Shown here: piece by piece, positions 18,248 to 29,542 of the stretch
Position numbering within the stretch: position 1 is the first letter of the stretch
Layout: every line of letters starts with the position of its first letter
Source of the DNA: an uncultured Planctomycetaceae bacterium
Lineage (GTDB): Bacteria; Planctomycetota; Planctomycetia; Isosphaerales; Isosphaeraceae
NCBI GenBank assembly: GCA_963833985.1
Contig: CAWIAD010000002.1
Span: forward strand, 832,001 to 896,000
Reading direction: 5' to 3'
Length of the DNA: 64,000 bases
Translations under genes and position numbers: made by a program
Notes under the pieces: generated by a model
The model's database searches: none
The model's input: only the letters and a program-made list of their open reading frames with translations
Told to the model about the DNA's origin: nothing

Positions 18248-20488
18248 ATGGACGGAATCGTGCCCTTTCGTGATCATGCCCTTGCCCCACCGTCGGGTTC
18301 AAGCACGACCTCAGGGCGTCATACGGCGCTGGCCCTTCCAGTTCATCAGACCACCAACCTGGCGGCTTTGAAAACGCCCGCTGACTATCTCAAGGCCATG
18401 CGGCGCCGAATCTGGCTCGTCCTGGCCGTGGCCGTGCCGCTGGCCATCGTGACCTCGTCATGGGCGCTGCGGCAACCCAAGGTCTACCAGGCGCGCGCCG
18501 AGGTCACGATCGACCCGCCCGAGTTCAACCCCATGCTCTCGTCCCTGGTCTCACGCGATATCGGACGCCATGACCCGGGCACCCTGGAGCGCTACATCCC
18601 CAACAAGATTGCCCAGCTTCAGAGCAAGGGGCTGGCCGAGCGGGTCTTCAGCAACCCCACCTTCGCACCGGAGGTCGCTGCCCTCGATGATCCGGCCCAG
18701 GACCTGATTCTCAGCGGACTCCAGGTGCGCCCCATCGGCAAGACGAACATGTTCTCCGTCACTCTGGAAGGAAGGGACCCGGCGCGGACGAAGACCCTCC
18801 TGGAGGCGCTGCTCAAGGAATTCCGGAACCTCGCCGAGGACGATCAGCTTGCCAGGACCAGTGATACCAAGGTTCACGCCGACCTTCGCCTCAAGAGCCT
18901 CAAGCAGGAGGTTGAAGACATCGACAAGCGGATTTCCGAGCATCTCAAGACCGCGCGGAACATCGGCCCGGGTGGCAAGAACCTGCTCGAGGATCAGTAC
19001 ATCAACCTGGGCGCCACACTCACGCAGAAGCAGATGCGCATCAGCGAGCTGAACCAGCAGCTCACGATTGCGAAATCATTCTCCCGGAGTGAGTTCAATG
19101 CCGGGCCGGGACCGCGCGAGCAGCGGATCGCCATGCTCGAGGCCGAGAAGAAGAAGTGGGTGCGGACCTTGCAGCATGACAGCCACACGATCCGGAACTT
19201 TGACGGCGATCCGGCGGCCAACTTCCACGCGCAACGCCTCAACGAGATTCTCGACGAGATCGAGGAGCTGAACAAGTTCAAGACCCGCATGGCTGACAAC
19301 CCCAACGAGATGTTCCTCGATCGCTACGAGCGCGAGCTCGACGACGACCGTGCCCAGCAACAGAAGCTGCTCGAGGAGATGCAGGAGTCCATGCCGGCTT
19401 ACCAGAGATACGTGTCCATGGTCCAGGAGCGGGACCGCACCCGGCAGGCCATGGCCGAGATGCAGCACAACATCGACAACTTCGAGCTGCTGGCCAAGTC
19501 GCAGAAGCTGCCGGTCCAGGTCTCCAGCGTGGTCGAGCCGACGGTTCCCATCAAGCCCAGCCGCGGGCTCTATATCGGCATGGGGCTGATGCTCAGCTTC
19601 GGCATGGGCATCGGCCTGGTGGTGCTGCTGGAGCACGTCGATCACTCGGTGAAGGTCCCCGAGCACGTCACGCACGGATTGACCCTGCCGCTCCTGGGCG
19701 TGGTGCCGCGGATCCGGCGGACGGCGCTGACGCACCGGGCGGGCCATCTCTGGACGCCCAGCACGCCTGACTCTCTCGAGGCTGATGCGTTCCGCAACAT
19801 TCGCGCCAGCCTGCTGGGGGTGGCCGACCGCCAGGGGCCGATCATCACACTGCTGATGACCAGCCCCAAGGCCGGCGACGGCAAGAGCACCGCGGCCCTC
19901 AACCTGGCGGCCACCTGCGCCCGGGCCGGCGAGCGAACGCTCCTGCTGGACGTCGATCTCCGCCGGCCGACCCTGGGCGACGTCTTTCCCCCCGAGCCCG
20001 ACAAGGAAAGCACGGCCAGCGGCCTTGTCGATGTCCTCCAGGGCAAGCTCCCCTGGCAGAAGACGCTGCGGCATACCGAACTGCGCAATCTCGATTTCAT
20101 CGCCACGGGTGATCCCACCGACATCCCGATCGAGATCCTGGGAACCCTGGAGCTGCGCCAGCTCATGACCGCCCTGGAGCACCACTATGACCGCGTGATC
20201 CTGGATGGCCCGGCCGTGCTGGGCATGGCGGATTGCCGCATGCTGGGACGGATGGTCGATGCCTCGATCCTCGTCGTCCGCGCCGGAGCGCACCAGCTCA
20301 TGACGCTACAGCGCGCCAAGGCGATGCTCGAGCAGTCCCATGTGCCCATCGCGGGCGTCGTCGTCAACAGTCTGAGCGAGGATGTGCAGAACTGGTCGAG
20401 CTACGGATACGACGGCGCCCAGAGCGGGAGCCTGGCGCGGAGCCTCCGGCCCGTGCGGTCCCGCGGGGCGCTTCCGGCCAGCGCATAG
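18248..20488 (+). CDS. Wzc-like polysaccharide co-polymerase / tyrosine autokinase
   Basis: Two TMs flanking a coiled coil. EADAFRNIRASL, Walker A SPKAGDGKST, LLDVDLRRP, ILDGPAV. Confidence 0.93.
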   Translation: MDGIVPFRDHALAPPSGSSTTSGRHTALALPVHQTTNLAALKTPADYLKAMRRRIWLVLAVAVPLAIVTSSWALRQPKVYQARAEVTIDPPEFNPMLSSLVSRDIGRHDPGTLERYIPNKIAQLQSKGLAERVFSNPTFAPEVAALDDPAQDLILSGLQVRPIGKTNMFSVTLEGRDPARTKTLLEALLKEFRNLAEDDQLARTSDTKVHADLRLKSLKQEVEDIDKRISEHLKTARNIGPGGKNLLEDQYINLGATLTQKQMRISELNQQLTIAKSFSRSEFNAGPGPREQRIAMLEAEKKKWVRTLQHDSHTIRNFDGDPAANFHAQRLNEILDEIEELNKFKTRMADNPNEMFLDRYERELDDDRAQQQKLLEEMQESMPAYQRYVSMVQERDRTRQAMAEMQHNIDNFELLAKSQKLPVQVSSVVEPTVPIKPSRGLYIGMGLMLSFGMGIGLVVLLEHVDHSVKVPEHVTHGLTLPLLGVVPRIRRTALTHRAGHLWTPSTPDSLEADAFRNIRASLLGVADRQGPIITLLMTSPKAGDGKSTAALNLAATCARAGERTLLLDVDLRRPTLGDVFPPEPDKESTASGLVDVLQGKLPWQKTLRHTELRNLDFIATGDPTDIPIEILGTLELRQLMTALEHHYDRVILDGPAVLGMADCRMLGRMVDASILVVRAGAHQLMTLQRAKAMLEQSHVPIAGVVVNSLSEDVQNWSSYGYDGAQSGSLARSLRPVRSRGALPASA

Positions 20489-20562
20489 GCCGTTAGTTAG
20501 CAAGCTGCTCCCCGGAAGAAGCCTCGAGCCACCCCTTGAGCCATGCTGGAGTGATCGTTGCC

Positions 20563-22142
20563 GTGAACTGGCGTCAGAAGATCGTGCTCTGGAGCGAACG
20601 AGCCGGCGCCGCGCTGCTTGCGGTGCTCCTGCTCGGCGGCGTGCTGGGATTCGGCGGTGCCGTGTGGTGGTTCCGTCCCTTCCTGGTCATCGTCGCCGTG
20701 CTGCTTGCCTCCACCCAGGTTTTCCGCAGCCTGGGCGCGGGCCGGATGCCCGTGCTAAAGAGCCCGCTGGGTTTTCTGGGCATGCTGGTTCTGGGCCTGG
20801 GCGTGCTCCAGCTTGCACCGCTGCCGGCCAGGCTTGCCGGGAAGATCTCGCCCGCGGCCCATGAGGCCTACACCCGGGGTGCGCTCACCCGGCTGGTCCA
20901 TGAGGACGACCCCCAGGCGGCCCTTCCCAAAGCGCCCAGATACGCACGCCGGCAACCCTCGACCGGCCGGCAACCCTACGCTGGCTGATTGGTGCCGCGG
21001 CCTGTCTGCTCATCTTCTGGTCGGTCTCTCATTTTGTCGACCGCCTGGGAAGGCTCTACCTCGTGTGGGGGCTCGTGATTGCCGGATTCCTGTTCAATGC
21101 CGCGCTGGCCGTCGTGCAGATCACGAACCACAGCGAGGGCCTGTACGGGCTGTACGCCCCCGGCAGTGGTCCCGTCTGGGTTCCCACGCACAACGATTTG
21201 CTCGAATCTCCGGGCACGGCGGAGCTGTGCAATCTACGCGCACCCTCTGAGGGCGGTGGCGATGCGGCCGTGGAACGACCGCGCGCCATCCTCGTGCCAA
21301 GGTCCCCCTTCCTCTTCGGAACGATGATGAGCAGTCCCGGGGCATTTCTGGCCCTGGGAACGCTGGCCTTACCTCTGACGCTCGCGCTCGCGGTGCATTT
21401 GCTCTCACCACGCGGTAGCCGCGAAAGCCTCTCCGGCCGGCTTGGCCGCTCCAGCCTGGGAAGCCTTGTCCTCCTGCTGGTGGTCATGATGCTTCTGGGC
21501 TCATTCCTGGTCGGCCTGATTGCCGGTCCCTGGTACTCCATACCGCTCATCATGGGCCTGGCCGCCGTGGGATTCCCGGCGCTGGGGCGGCCGACAGCGC
21601 GCGGGGTTGCCCTTAGCCTCACTTGCCTCACGCTGATCGCGATTGGACTGGGGGTCTTGCTGGGCCGCTCGTGGACCCTGATCCTGGGCGGCCAGCCGCC
21701 CGTCGAGCCGCCCGATCCGGCGCTGGTGCAGTCACTCTGGTCCGAGAGCCTGAGAATCTTCCACGAGTTTCCACTGGTGGGCGCCGGGCTGGGGAGCTTT
21801 GGCGTCATTCATCCGTATTACAAGCACAGCGCCATGTCCTCGACCACGGCGATGAGCAGCCTCTTGCAGTGGGGTGTTGAGTCCGGCGGGCTTGGCCTGG
21901 GGCTGCTCGGCCTGGGGATTCTCTGGTGCCTTGTCCGCATTCCAGGGGCGATCCGGCGCGTCGGGCGGATTGACCGTGCGCTGGCACACGGGCTCCTGGG
22001 CGCTGTCCTCAGCCTGAGCCTGCTGGCTGCCATCCACTGGACGGTCGAACTCTCCGCCGTGGCCGTTTCGGCCAGTGCGCTGGGCGGAGCCTGGAATCGC
22101 TGGCTGGCTGGTGGTACGGACCTGTTCGTGGAGCATGGATGA
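20563..22142 (+). CDS. O-antigen ligase/Wzy_C-like multi-TM protein; frame break at ~20936
   Basis: Hydrophobic ORFs 20536..20988 and 21063..22142 join with one added nt. W..SLRIF.EFPLVGAGLGSF motif. Confidence 0.75.
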
Positions 22143-25100
22143 CCCGATCTGACCGACCGGACAGTGCGCAAGGAGCAGTCAGTCTCGAGATGCCGGAATC
22201 CACTTGCCTTCATATCCAGGATCGCACATCGGGCCCGATCCGGGTCGTGGAGATTCCCTGGATCTCGGCCCGGATCGGATCGGCCGGCTATTGCGAGGTC
22301 CGGCTGGTGGATCTGGAGCTGGCAGCGGAGGCATGCCGGATTCAGCGGCGGGGTCGCACCTGGCACCTGCTGCCCCTTGGCCCCAGAGGATCGGTGTCGC
22401 TGCACGATCAACCCGTGCAGGGCTCCTGCCCGTTGCCCTTCGATACGCCCTTCCGCATCGGGGCGGTCTGCTTCACGTTGAAACACAGCCGTACCGCGGA
22501 GCCCAACTGGGAGCTTGCCCCGACGCCTGCACCCAGGCCGCCTGAGCCACCCGAGTCGCCAGCTCGCACGGATCTGCTTGCCGCCTTCCGAACTGCCGAT
22601 GAGATCAAGGAACCGGCCGCGCGGCCACGGCCCGAGCCTCAGACGCTCGAAGCGGTGGTGGTGCCGTTGAAGCCCGCACAGGAGCCATCCAGAGAGCGGC
22701 CGCCCGCAGCACCACCGGCGGCCACCCCCAATCCCTGGGCGGCGCTGGAAGGCTGCCGGAGCCCGGCTCCATGCCGAGACCAGGCGTCAGGCTCCGGAGC
22801 CTCCTGTCGCGGCACGACCGGCAAGCGACCGGTACCAGGGCGTTCCACTCAAGGGATCACCGGCTCCGTCCGTAGCGAAGAGGCCGGAGCCGGTGCTTAC
22901 GGCACACCACCCGCGCGAATCGTTTGAGCAGCGCCGGCCCGCGGTAGCCCCACCCGACTATCCGGTTCCCGGGGCCGTGCCTCAGGCCAGGCGCCCGTTC
23001 TCGAGCGTGCCACGCACGCCACTCCCCGCGGCGGCGGCGCCATCCCCGCAGCGCACGCCATTCCCACACACATCCGCTCCAGGTCCGATAGAGTGGAAGA
23101 GCACCACACGCTCGACCTCTTCACCGACCAGGCCCGTCGCCACGGAACGCACGGCTCCAGACACCCAATGTGCGGCTCCTGCCCCCGAATGCACGGCCCC
23201 ACCAACGGAACGCACGGCCCCACCAACGGAACGCGCGGCCCCACCAACGGAACGCGCGGCCCCACCAACGGTTCCGGAGCTCATCGAGCTGACGGCACCT
23301 TTTGAGCCCGACGCAAGCACCGTGCAGGAGAGTTCATCGGAAGCGGCTTGCTTGACGGCTCCCGAGCTGCCGGGCAGCTTTCGAGACGAGGACGTTCCGG
23401 ATGAATCCGTGGTCGTGCCCCTGAAGCAGCCGCCGAGTCCGAGCGTCGAGATAAGCCAGTCGGCCCTTGAACGAGACCGAGACAACCCCGCGCCGCGACC
23501 GCCCGAAGAGGCCATGGCCGATGAGCCCGTGACTCTGCCGCTCGAAGCAGCCATGGCCGATGAGTCCGTGACTCTGCCGCCTGAGCCTGCCATGGTCGGC
23601 ACTTCATGGACAGAAATGCTCACCACGTTCGAGGTGGGGTTTGCCCCGGAGATGGTATCGATCTCCACGGAAACCTACGGGCACCCGAACGGTCAGGACG
23701 GCAGCGCCGGAGGACGCCCGCATGCTCGGCCCCGGACGGCGACGCTCCTCCAGCCGGGGATATCGTCTGCATCCGGGACCCGCAACGACGCTCCCGGAGA
23801 ACGGAAGGGCAGTGAACACGAACACGAGCCCGGTGCGTTCGGCCAATCACCGGCTCGCATGCCGGAGGCAAGAAAGACCAGGTGGGAGGGGAGCTTACCC
23901 TCAGCGCAGGAGATCCTCGCATCCGCAGCGGTGCGGTCTGTTCCCGCCCTGGCCCCGGCCCCAGCTCCCGGGAAGCCGGCCAGGAAGATCCGCGAAGATC
24001 AGGACGCTCCCACGCAGTCCAGGGAACCGGACCAGTGGCTTGCCCCGCTCTGGCTGGCTGCGCCCTTCACAACGCTGTTCGTTCTCGGGCTCGGCTTGCT
24101 GGGAACGTTCCTTTCCCTGGGCTGGGCGGGCGATGCGCTCAATACGTCGACGGTGAGCCTGCGATTGCTGGCCTGGGTCGAGAACCCGGGCCGGGACAAG
24201 CCTCTGCCGCCTGGGGCTGTTCCCCCACAGCCAGCCTGGTGGCGGACCTCCGCGCTGCACCTGGCGCAGTGGGGTGTCTACCTGGGGCGATCAAGGATGG
24301 AGGACGGGCGCGCTGGCGAGAGCCGTGAACTTCTCGAGGCAGCCGCGCTGGTGACTCCGCTGCATCCGCTTGCCAGGCTCGCGCGGGCACAGAGTGAAAT
24401 GGTATCGGGCAGGTCGGCGGCGCCTGTACCAGCACTGGGTCTGAGCCGTGATGCGGTAAGCCTGGCATGGAGCGCTCGAGCGCTGCGGCTGGCAGGCCGG
24501 AGGGCGGCCGCGCTGGGGCTCTACCAGCACGCTCTGAGCGTGGCCTGTAGCCAGGCAGTGGCACCATCGTTCAAACCGGACTATAACGAAGCCGCCGATA
24601 GCGGCAGGGACCGCCCTGGTACCCGGCGTTATTTCTTGCCCGGTGAGTCCGTTTCCAGGGTCGTCCTGCACGAGCTGATCAATGAGACCGGCTGGAGCTT
24701 TGAGGAATGGCCGCAGGCGCTGCCCGCTGATCCGGTGGCCACCCTGGCCGCGGCGCGCTTGCTCCATGAGCAGGACCGGCCGGAAGCTCGTGAGCTGCTG
24801 GAGCGCATCGTCCAGCAAGACCCAGGCCAGGGGATCGAGGTGCCCCGGGCCGCGCGAGCTGTGCGGTACGCCGTGACGGCAGAGGCTCATGCCTTGCTGG
24901 GACACTGGAAGGAGGCCGATCAATCCTACCGCCAGGCCATCGAGACGGTCGCCAATGGCACGGTGAGACGGTCCTGGTGGTTCAATCTGGCGAGCCTGGC
25001 GATGGAGCAGGGCGATGAGGCCGAGCGGAAAGTCGCCACCGATGCGGCCTTGCAGGCATCGGTCGATGATGACATCAGCCGGAGAGCCCTCGATCTTCAG

Positions 25101-25154
25101 CGCGTGATCGAACCGCTGGGCCACCTGCGGCCAGGTGGAGCCCGTGCCAATTAA
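22139..25154 (+). CDS. Large protein: FHA-like N-terminus, Pro-rich linker, single TM, TPR-like C-terminus; frame break at ~22743
   Basis: RIGSAGYCEVRL...CRIQRRGRTW...FRIG resembles an FHA fold. The downstream frame is open from ~22743 (RWKAAGARL...) into ORF 22893..25154. Confidence 0.65.
23191..23271 (+). repeat. 21-bp coding tandem repeat (about 4 units, ERT/AAPPT)
   Basis: GCACGGCCCCACCAACGGAAC / GCGCGGCCCCACCAACGGAAC repeated. Confidence 0.85.
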
Positions 25155-25220
25155 GGTGAGACATGAAGAAGTGCATGTGAGAATCGGTAACCTCCCAGCC
25201 GAAGTGAAGGATAACCTGCG

Positions 25221-26261
25221 ATGGCGGCGACCAAGGATGAAGGCTTCTCCTCAACGTCGGATCCGACGGATTCCACGCGGCATGACATGCACCTGGGTAA
25301 CCTCATGGCCCGGGCCCTCCGCGACCCCGTCCAGCGGGTCACGCTGCTTGGCGGGCTTCTCTGCTGCATCCTCTTCGGCGTGCTCTTCCGGGAGAACCTC
25401 TGGCATTTCTATTACGCATGGACAACTGACGACAACTACAGCCACGGATTCCTTGTCCCGTTGCTCAGCCTGTATTTCGCCAGCCAGACCGCACGGCGTG
25501 GACCGGTGGAACTCTCCCACGGTGTGATCCTGGGGGGTATCCTTCTGACGCTGGCAATTGCCGGACGGCTGGTGACGGTTCCCTTGCCAATTCCCTTCGT
25601 CGGGGACCTGGCGCTGCTGGTGGGCCTGGCAGGGCTGTTCGCGCTCCTGCTGGGAAGCAAGGCGTTGGCTCGCTACTGGTTCGCGTTCTTCTTCCTGGTG
25701 TTCATGGTGCCTCTGCCCATTGCCATGTACTCGCGGCTCGCCTCACCCTTGCAGCTTCTGGCCAGCCGCCTTGCGTCCACGGTGATGAACGCCACCGGCG
25801 TACCGGTGCTCTGCGAGGGAAACCACATGACGCTGCCGGGCGGGGTGCAGATGTTCGTTGCCGAGGCGTGCAGTGGGATGCGCCAGATGACCGGCTTCCT
25901 GGCGCTCACGGCGGCCGTGGCCTACCTGACGGTGCGGCCCGCCTGGTATCGCGTCGTCGTGGTACTCTCTGCGCTGCCCATCGCCCTGACGGCGAACGTC
26001 GCCCGCATCGTCCTGACCGGATTCATCATGCATTATGTCGATCGTGAGTATGCGTCGGGCACATATCATACGCTCGAGGGAATCCTCATGATGGGCTTCG
26101 GGCTGTTGTTGCTGAATTCCCTGTGCTCGCTGTTGAACCATCTCTGTGCGTCCGCGGCGGGTGGCAGCCAAGACCAGCCGGATCAAAGCCCGAGCCTGGT
26201 CCACGACGCGGCATCCCATGCGCACGCGGGGCGCGCTCTGCTGAGCAGGACGGCAGGCTGA
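25221..26261 (+). CDS. Exosortase (EpsH family)
   Basis: YSHGFLVP, FMVPLP, PLQ, VAEACSGMR (catalytic Cys), NVARI (Arg), YHTLEG (His). Confidence 0.93.
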   Translation: MAATKDEGFSSTSDPTDSTRHDMHLGNLMARALRDPVQRVTLLGGLLCCILFGVLFRENLWHFYYAWTTDDNYSHGFLVPLLSLYFASQTARRGPVELSHGVILGGILLTLAIAGRLVTVPLPIPFVGDLALLVGLAGLFALLLGSKALARYWFAFFFLVFMVPLPIAMYSRLASPLQLLASRLASTVMNATGVPVLCEGNHMTLPGGVQMFVAEACSGMRQMTGFLALTAAVAYLTVRPAWYRVVVVLSALPIALTANVARIVLTGFIMHYVDREYASGTYHTLEGILMMGFGLLLLNSLCSLLNHLCASAAGGSQDQPDQSPSLVHDAASHAHAGRALLSRTAG

Positions 26262-26317
26262 AAGACGAGACGGAACGAGGTCAATCAAGGACTGGCGCTT
26301 GCACACGAGGACTGGCC

Positions 26318-26992
26318 ATGACGCCAAAGCACCGCTGCTCTCTTTGCACCGGGATTCTCATTGCGGGGCTGGCCGCGCAGGGTGAGCTTCAGCACCTCAA
26401 CCAGACCGAGCGTCCGCCATTACGGCAGAGACTCGCATCCATCCCGCTGGAGCTTGGCGACTGGCAGGGCCGTGAAGAGCCTATTGCCCCGGACATCGTG
26501 GAGCGGGCCCAGACCAGCGAGTATCTCAACCGGGTGTACGAAAGCCGTAGCCAGCCCGGGTTGCGTCTCACACTCTGGATCAACTACTCCGATAAAGGAA
26601 CGAACCTTCGCCACACGCCGGAGATCTGCCTCCCCTCGGGGGGCTGGGCCAAGATCGAGTCACAGACCAAGGTGCTGGAACTACCTGCTCCCCACGCGAA
26701 GTTGCTGAAAATCACCCGTCTGGGGTATGCCCGAGGTGAACTGGTCGAACAGGTGGGATTTTGGTATTACATCTTCGGAGAGGGCAAGCTGGAAAACTTT
26801 GTCCGGCAACTGCCAATTACCAGCCGGAGCAGCCACGGGCAGACCACACGCGGCTCCTCCATGACCGTTGAGATCTTTTACCCCGGAGAGCATGACCCCG
26901 ACGGTGCGGCACTGCGAGATTTCGCCGAGTCGCTGCTGATTGCCCTCGAGCCGGTTCTCCCTGTGGAACGCGCAGAGTATTACGTTCCGTGA
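26318..26992 (+). CDS. Exosortase-associated EpsI-family protein
   Basis: IPLELGDWQG, YLNRVY, HTPEICLPSGGW motifs. Directly follows the exosortase. Confidence 0.88.
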   Translation: MTPKHRCSLCTGILIAGLAAQGELQHLNQTERPPLRQRLASIPLELGDWQGREEPIAPDIVERAQTSEYLNRVYESRSQPGLRLTLWINYSDKGTNLRHTPEICLPSGGWAKIESQTKVLELPAPHAKLLKITRLGYARGELVEQVGFWYYIFGEGKLENFVRQLPITSRSSHGQTTRGSSMTVEIFYPGEHDPDGAALRDFAESLLIALEPVLPVERAEYYVP

Positions 26993-27037
26993 GAGCACCG
27001 CGCGAGACTGCTCTACAAGCCAACTGGAATCGACTTC

Positions 27038-28054
27038 ATGAAACGTGCGCTGATCACCGGAATCACAGGTCAGGATGGCTCTTACCTCGCGGAGTTTCTG
27101 CTCGGCAAGCCAGACTACGAGGTCCACGGCCTGGTTCGACGATCCAGCTCTTTGAATCGCCAGCGAATTGATCACCTGTTTCATTACGACTCTGAAGTGC
27201 GGCACCGGCTGCACCTGCATTACGCCGACCTGGCCGATGCTTCGAGCCTGTCCACGGTGATGGAGCAGGTTCGGCCCGACGAGGTCTACAACCTGGGTGC
27301 CCAGAGCCATGTCCGGGTCTCATTCGACCAGCCGCTATACACGGCGGACGTGGTGGGTCTGGGTACGCTCCGCCTGCTCGAGGCGGTCCGGCAACTGAAC
27401 CAGTCCAGCCCTGTGAAGTTCTACCAGGCCTCGAGCTCCGAGATGTACGGCTCGGCGGCTCCTCCCCAGGGCCCTAACACGCCCTTCCACCCCCGCAGCC
27501 CCTACGCCTGTGCCAAGCTTTACGGCCACTGGCAGACCATCAACTACCGGGAAGCCTATCAACTGTTCGCGTGTTCGGGAATTCTCTTCAATCATGAGAG
27601 CCCGCGCCGGGGTGAATCGTTCGTGACCCGGAAGGTGACGCTCGGGGCGACGCGCATCAAGGAGGGTCTGCAAAAGCGGCTCGTCATGGGGAACCTGGAC
27701 TCCCAGCGCGATTGGGGCTTCGCCGGCGACTACGTGCGTGCCATGTGGCTGATGCTCCAGCAGGAGAAGCCGGATGATTACGTCGTGGCCACCGGAGAGA
27801 CGCACTCGGTCCGCGAGCTACTCGAGGTTGCCTTCGCACTCGTCGACCTCGACTACCATGACTTTGTCGATTTCGATCCCCGGTACACGCGGCCGTCCGA
27901 GGTGGACGTCCTGCTGGGCGACGCCACCAAGGCCAGGCAGGTCCTGGGCTGGACTCCCGAGGTCGATTTCCATGGCCTGATCAAGATGATGGTCGAGCAT
28001 GACCGTGAGCTCGCACGCCGGGAGAAACACGCACAGACGTATCCCGGCCGTTGA
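27038..28054 (+). CDS. gmd: GDP-mannose 4,6-dehydratase
   Basis: [60 protein letters not shown]. Confidence 0.97.
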   Translation: MKRALITGITGQDGSYLAEFLLGKPDYEVHGLVRRSSSLNRQRIDHLFHYDSEVRHRLHLHYADLADASSLSTVMEQVRPDEVYNLGAQSHVRVSFDQPLYTADVVGLGTLRLLEAVRQLNQSSPVKFYQASSSEMYGSAAPPQGPNTPFHPRSPYACAKLYGHWQTINYREAYQLFACSGILFNHESPRRGESFVTRKVTLGATRIKEGLQKRLVMGNLDSQRDWGFAGDYVRAMWLMLQQEKPDDYVVATGETHSVRELLEVAFALVDLDYHDFVDFDPRYTRPSEVDVLLGDATKARQVLGWTPEVDFHGLIKMMVEHDRELARREKHAQTYPGR

Positions 28055-28147
28055 GTGTGGCAGCAACACGCAGACGCATCCCGACCGTTGAGTTGAGTGC
28101 CGCAGCGTGGAAGGGAAGGCCGGTCCCAGACGGGACGCTCATCAAGG

Positions 28148-29512
28148 ATGACCGAGGCGAGTATGGACGCACCGCTTGATGCAAGATCTGTGATCGTGGC
28201 CTGTCCCGATGCGCGCCCGCCGGCCTACCAGGCGGTGATCGGCCTGAGCCAGGCTGGCCTGCTGCGAACATTCCTGACGGCAGCCTACTATGATCCGCAA
28301 GGTCGGCTCCCAGCACTCGCACGGCGGCTGGCTCCAGACCCGTTCTCCCGCATCGAGCGGGTCCTGCTGCGGCGCCACCATGACGAGATTCCTGCCCGGT
28401 CCGTCGCCATGGTTCCTGCCGTCGACCTGGCACTCGGACTCGAGAACCACTGCGCGGGACGCTCGCAGACGCTGAAACGGCGGATTGCACAAACGCGCAC
28501 GGGATGGTTCGACCGGCGGCTGGCTCTTCTGCTGCTCAGGAAGCAGCCGGGAGCACTCTTCGTCTTCAGCGATGTCGGCTCGGCGGCGGCCTTGCCGCTC
28601 TGCCGGCGCCTCGGAATCCCAGCCATCCTCAGCATGGTCCACGGCGACGTGCGGGAGGAGGCCGAGATCCTCAGCCAGGAAGCCGTCCACGCACCAGAGT
28701 TCTTCTCCATCTACCTTGGCGACGGCAGGATCGACCAGGCTGAGATGGCCTGGCTGCACGCCCGCCGGCTACGCGACCTGGCGCTTGCTGACCTGATCCT
28801 GGTACCCTCCGAGCATATCGCCCAGCTCCTCGAGACGTACGGCACGCCCCGATCGAAGATCCGGGTCCTGCCCTATGCCGCGGATTGCCGCCGGTTTCGC
28901 CCTCAGGAGGGGAAACAGCATGGACCAGGCTGTACCTTCCTGTTCGCGGGAGGAATCACCCAGCGGAAGGGCATCAAGTACTTGCTCGAGGCCTGGAGCC
29001 GCATCCGCAGGCCGGGCTGGAAACTTCAACTGCTGGGCGCGATGCCGAAAGATTTTCAGCCGCTCCGTCCCTGGCTGGACCAGGTAGAGATCCTTGGACG
29101 CGTGGCCCACGCCGACGTGCCCGCCGTGATGACCAGTGCGGATGTGTTCGTGTTTCCCTCCCTCTTTGAAGGATCCGCCGTCGTCACCTACGAAGCCCTG
29201 GCCTGCGGCTTGCCCAGCGTGGTTACCCCGTCGGCTGGGTCGGTCGTGCGTGACGGGATCGAGGGCTTCCAGGTTCCGCCCCGTGATGTGGACGGCCTGG
29301 CCGAGCGAATGGAACGGCTTGGCAACAGCCCCGAACTGCGGGCCCGGATGGCACGGGCGGCACGGCAGCGCGCGTGCGAGTTCCACTGGGCGCGCTATCA
29401 CCAGGGAGTGGTCGCCGCGGTTGAGCATGTGCTGCACCAGGTTAGCGAGCGCGCAGAGCGCGGGGTGACATCAGGACCATTCACCGGCCGGCGGCAGTTC
29501 GAGGAGCAGTGA
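28148..29512 (+). CDS. Glycosyltransferase family 4
   Basis: GGITQRKG, ADVFVFPSLFEGSAVVTYEALACGLP. Confidence 0.92.
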   Translation: MTEASMDAPLDARSVIVACPDARPPAYQAVIGLSQAGLLRTFLTAAYYDPQGRLPALARRLAPDPFSRIERVLLRRHHDEIPARSVAMVPAVDLALGLENHCAGRSQTLKRRIAQTRTGWFDRRLALLLLRKQPGALFVFSDVGSAAALPLCRRLGIPAILSMVHGDVREEAEILSQEAVHAPEFFSIYLGDGRIDQAEMAWLHARRLRDLALADLILVPSEHIAQLLETYGTPRSKIRVLPYAADCRRFRPQEGKQHGPGCTFLFAGGITQRKGIKYLLEAWSRIRRPGWKLQLLGAMPKDFQPLRPWLDQVEILGRVAHADVPAVMTSADVFVFPSLFEGSAVVTYEALACGLPSVVTPSAGSVVRDGIEGFQVPPRDVDGLAERMERLGNSPELRARMARAARQRACEFHWARYHQGVVAAVEHVLHQVSERAERGVTSGPFTGRRQFEEQ

Positions 29513-29542
29513 GCCGCTCTCCTGAACAGCAAGGACGCAGGG

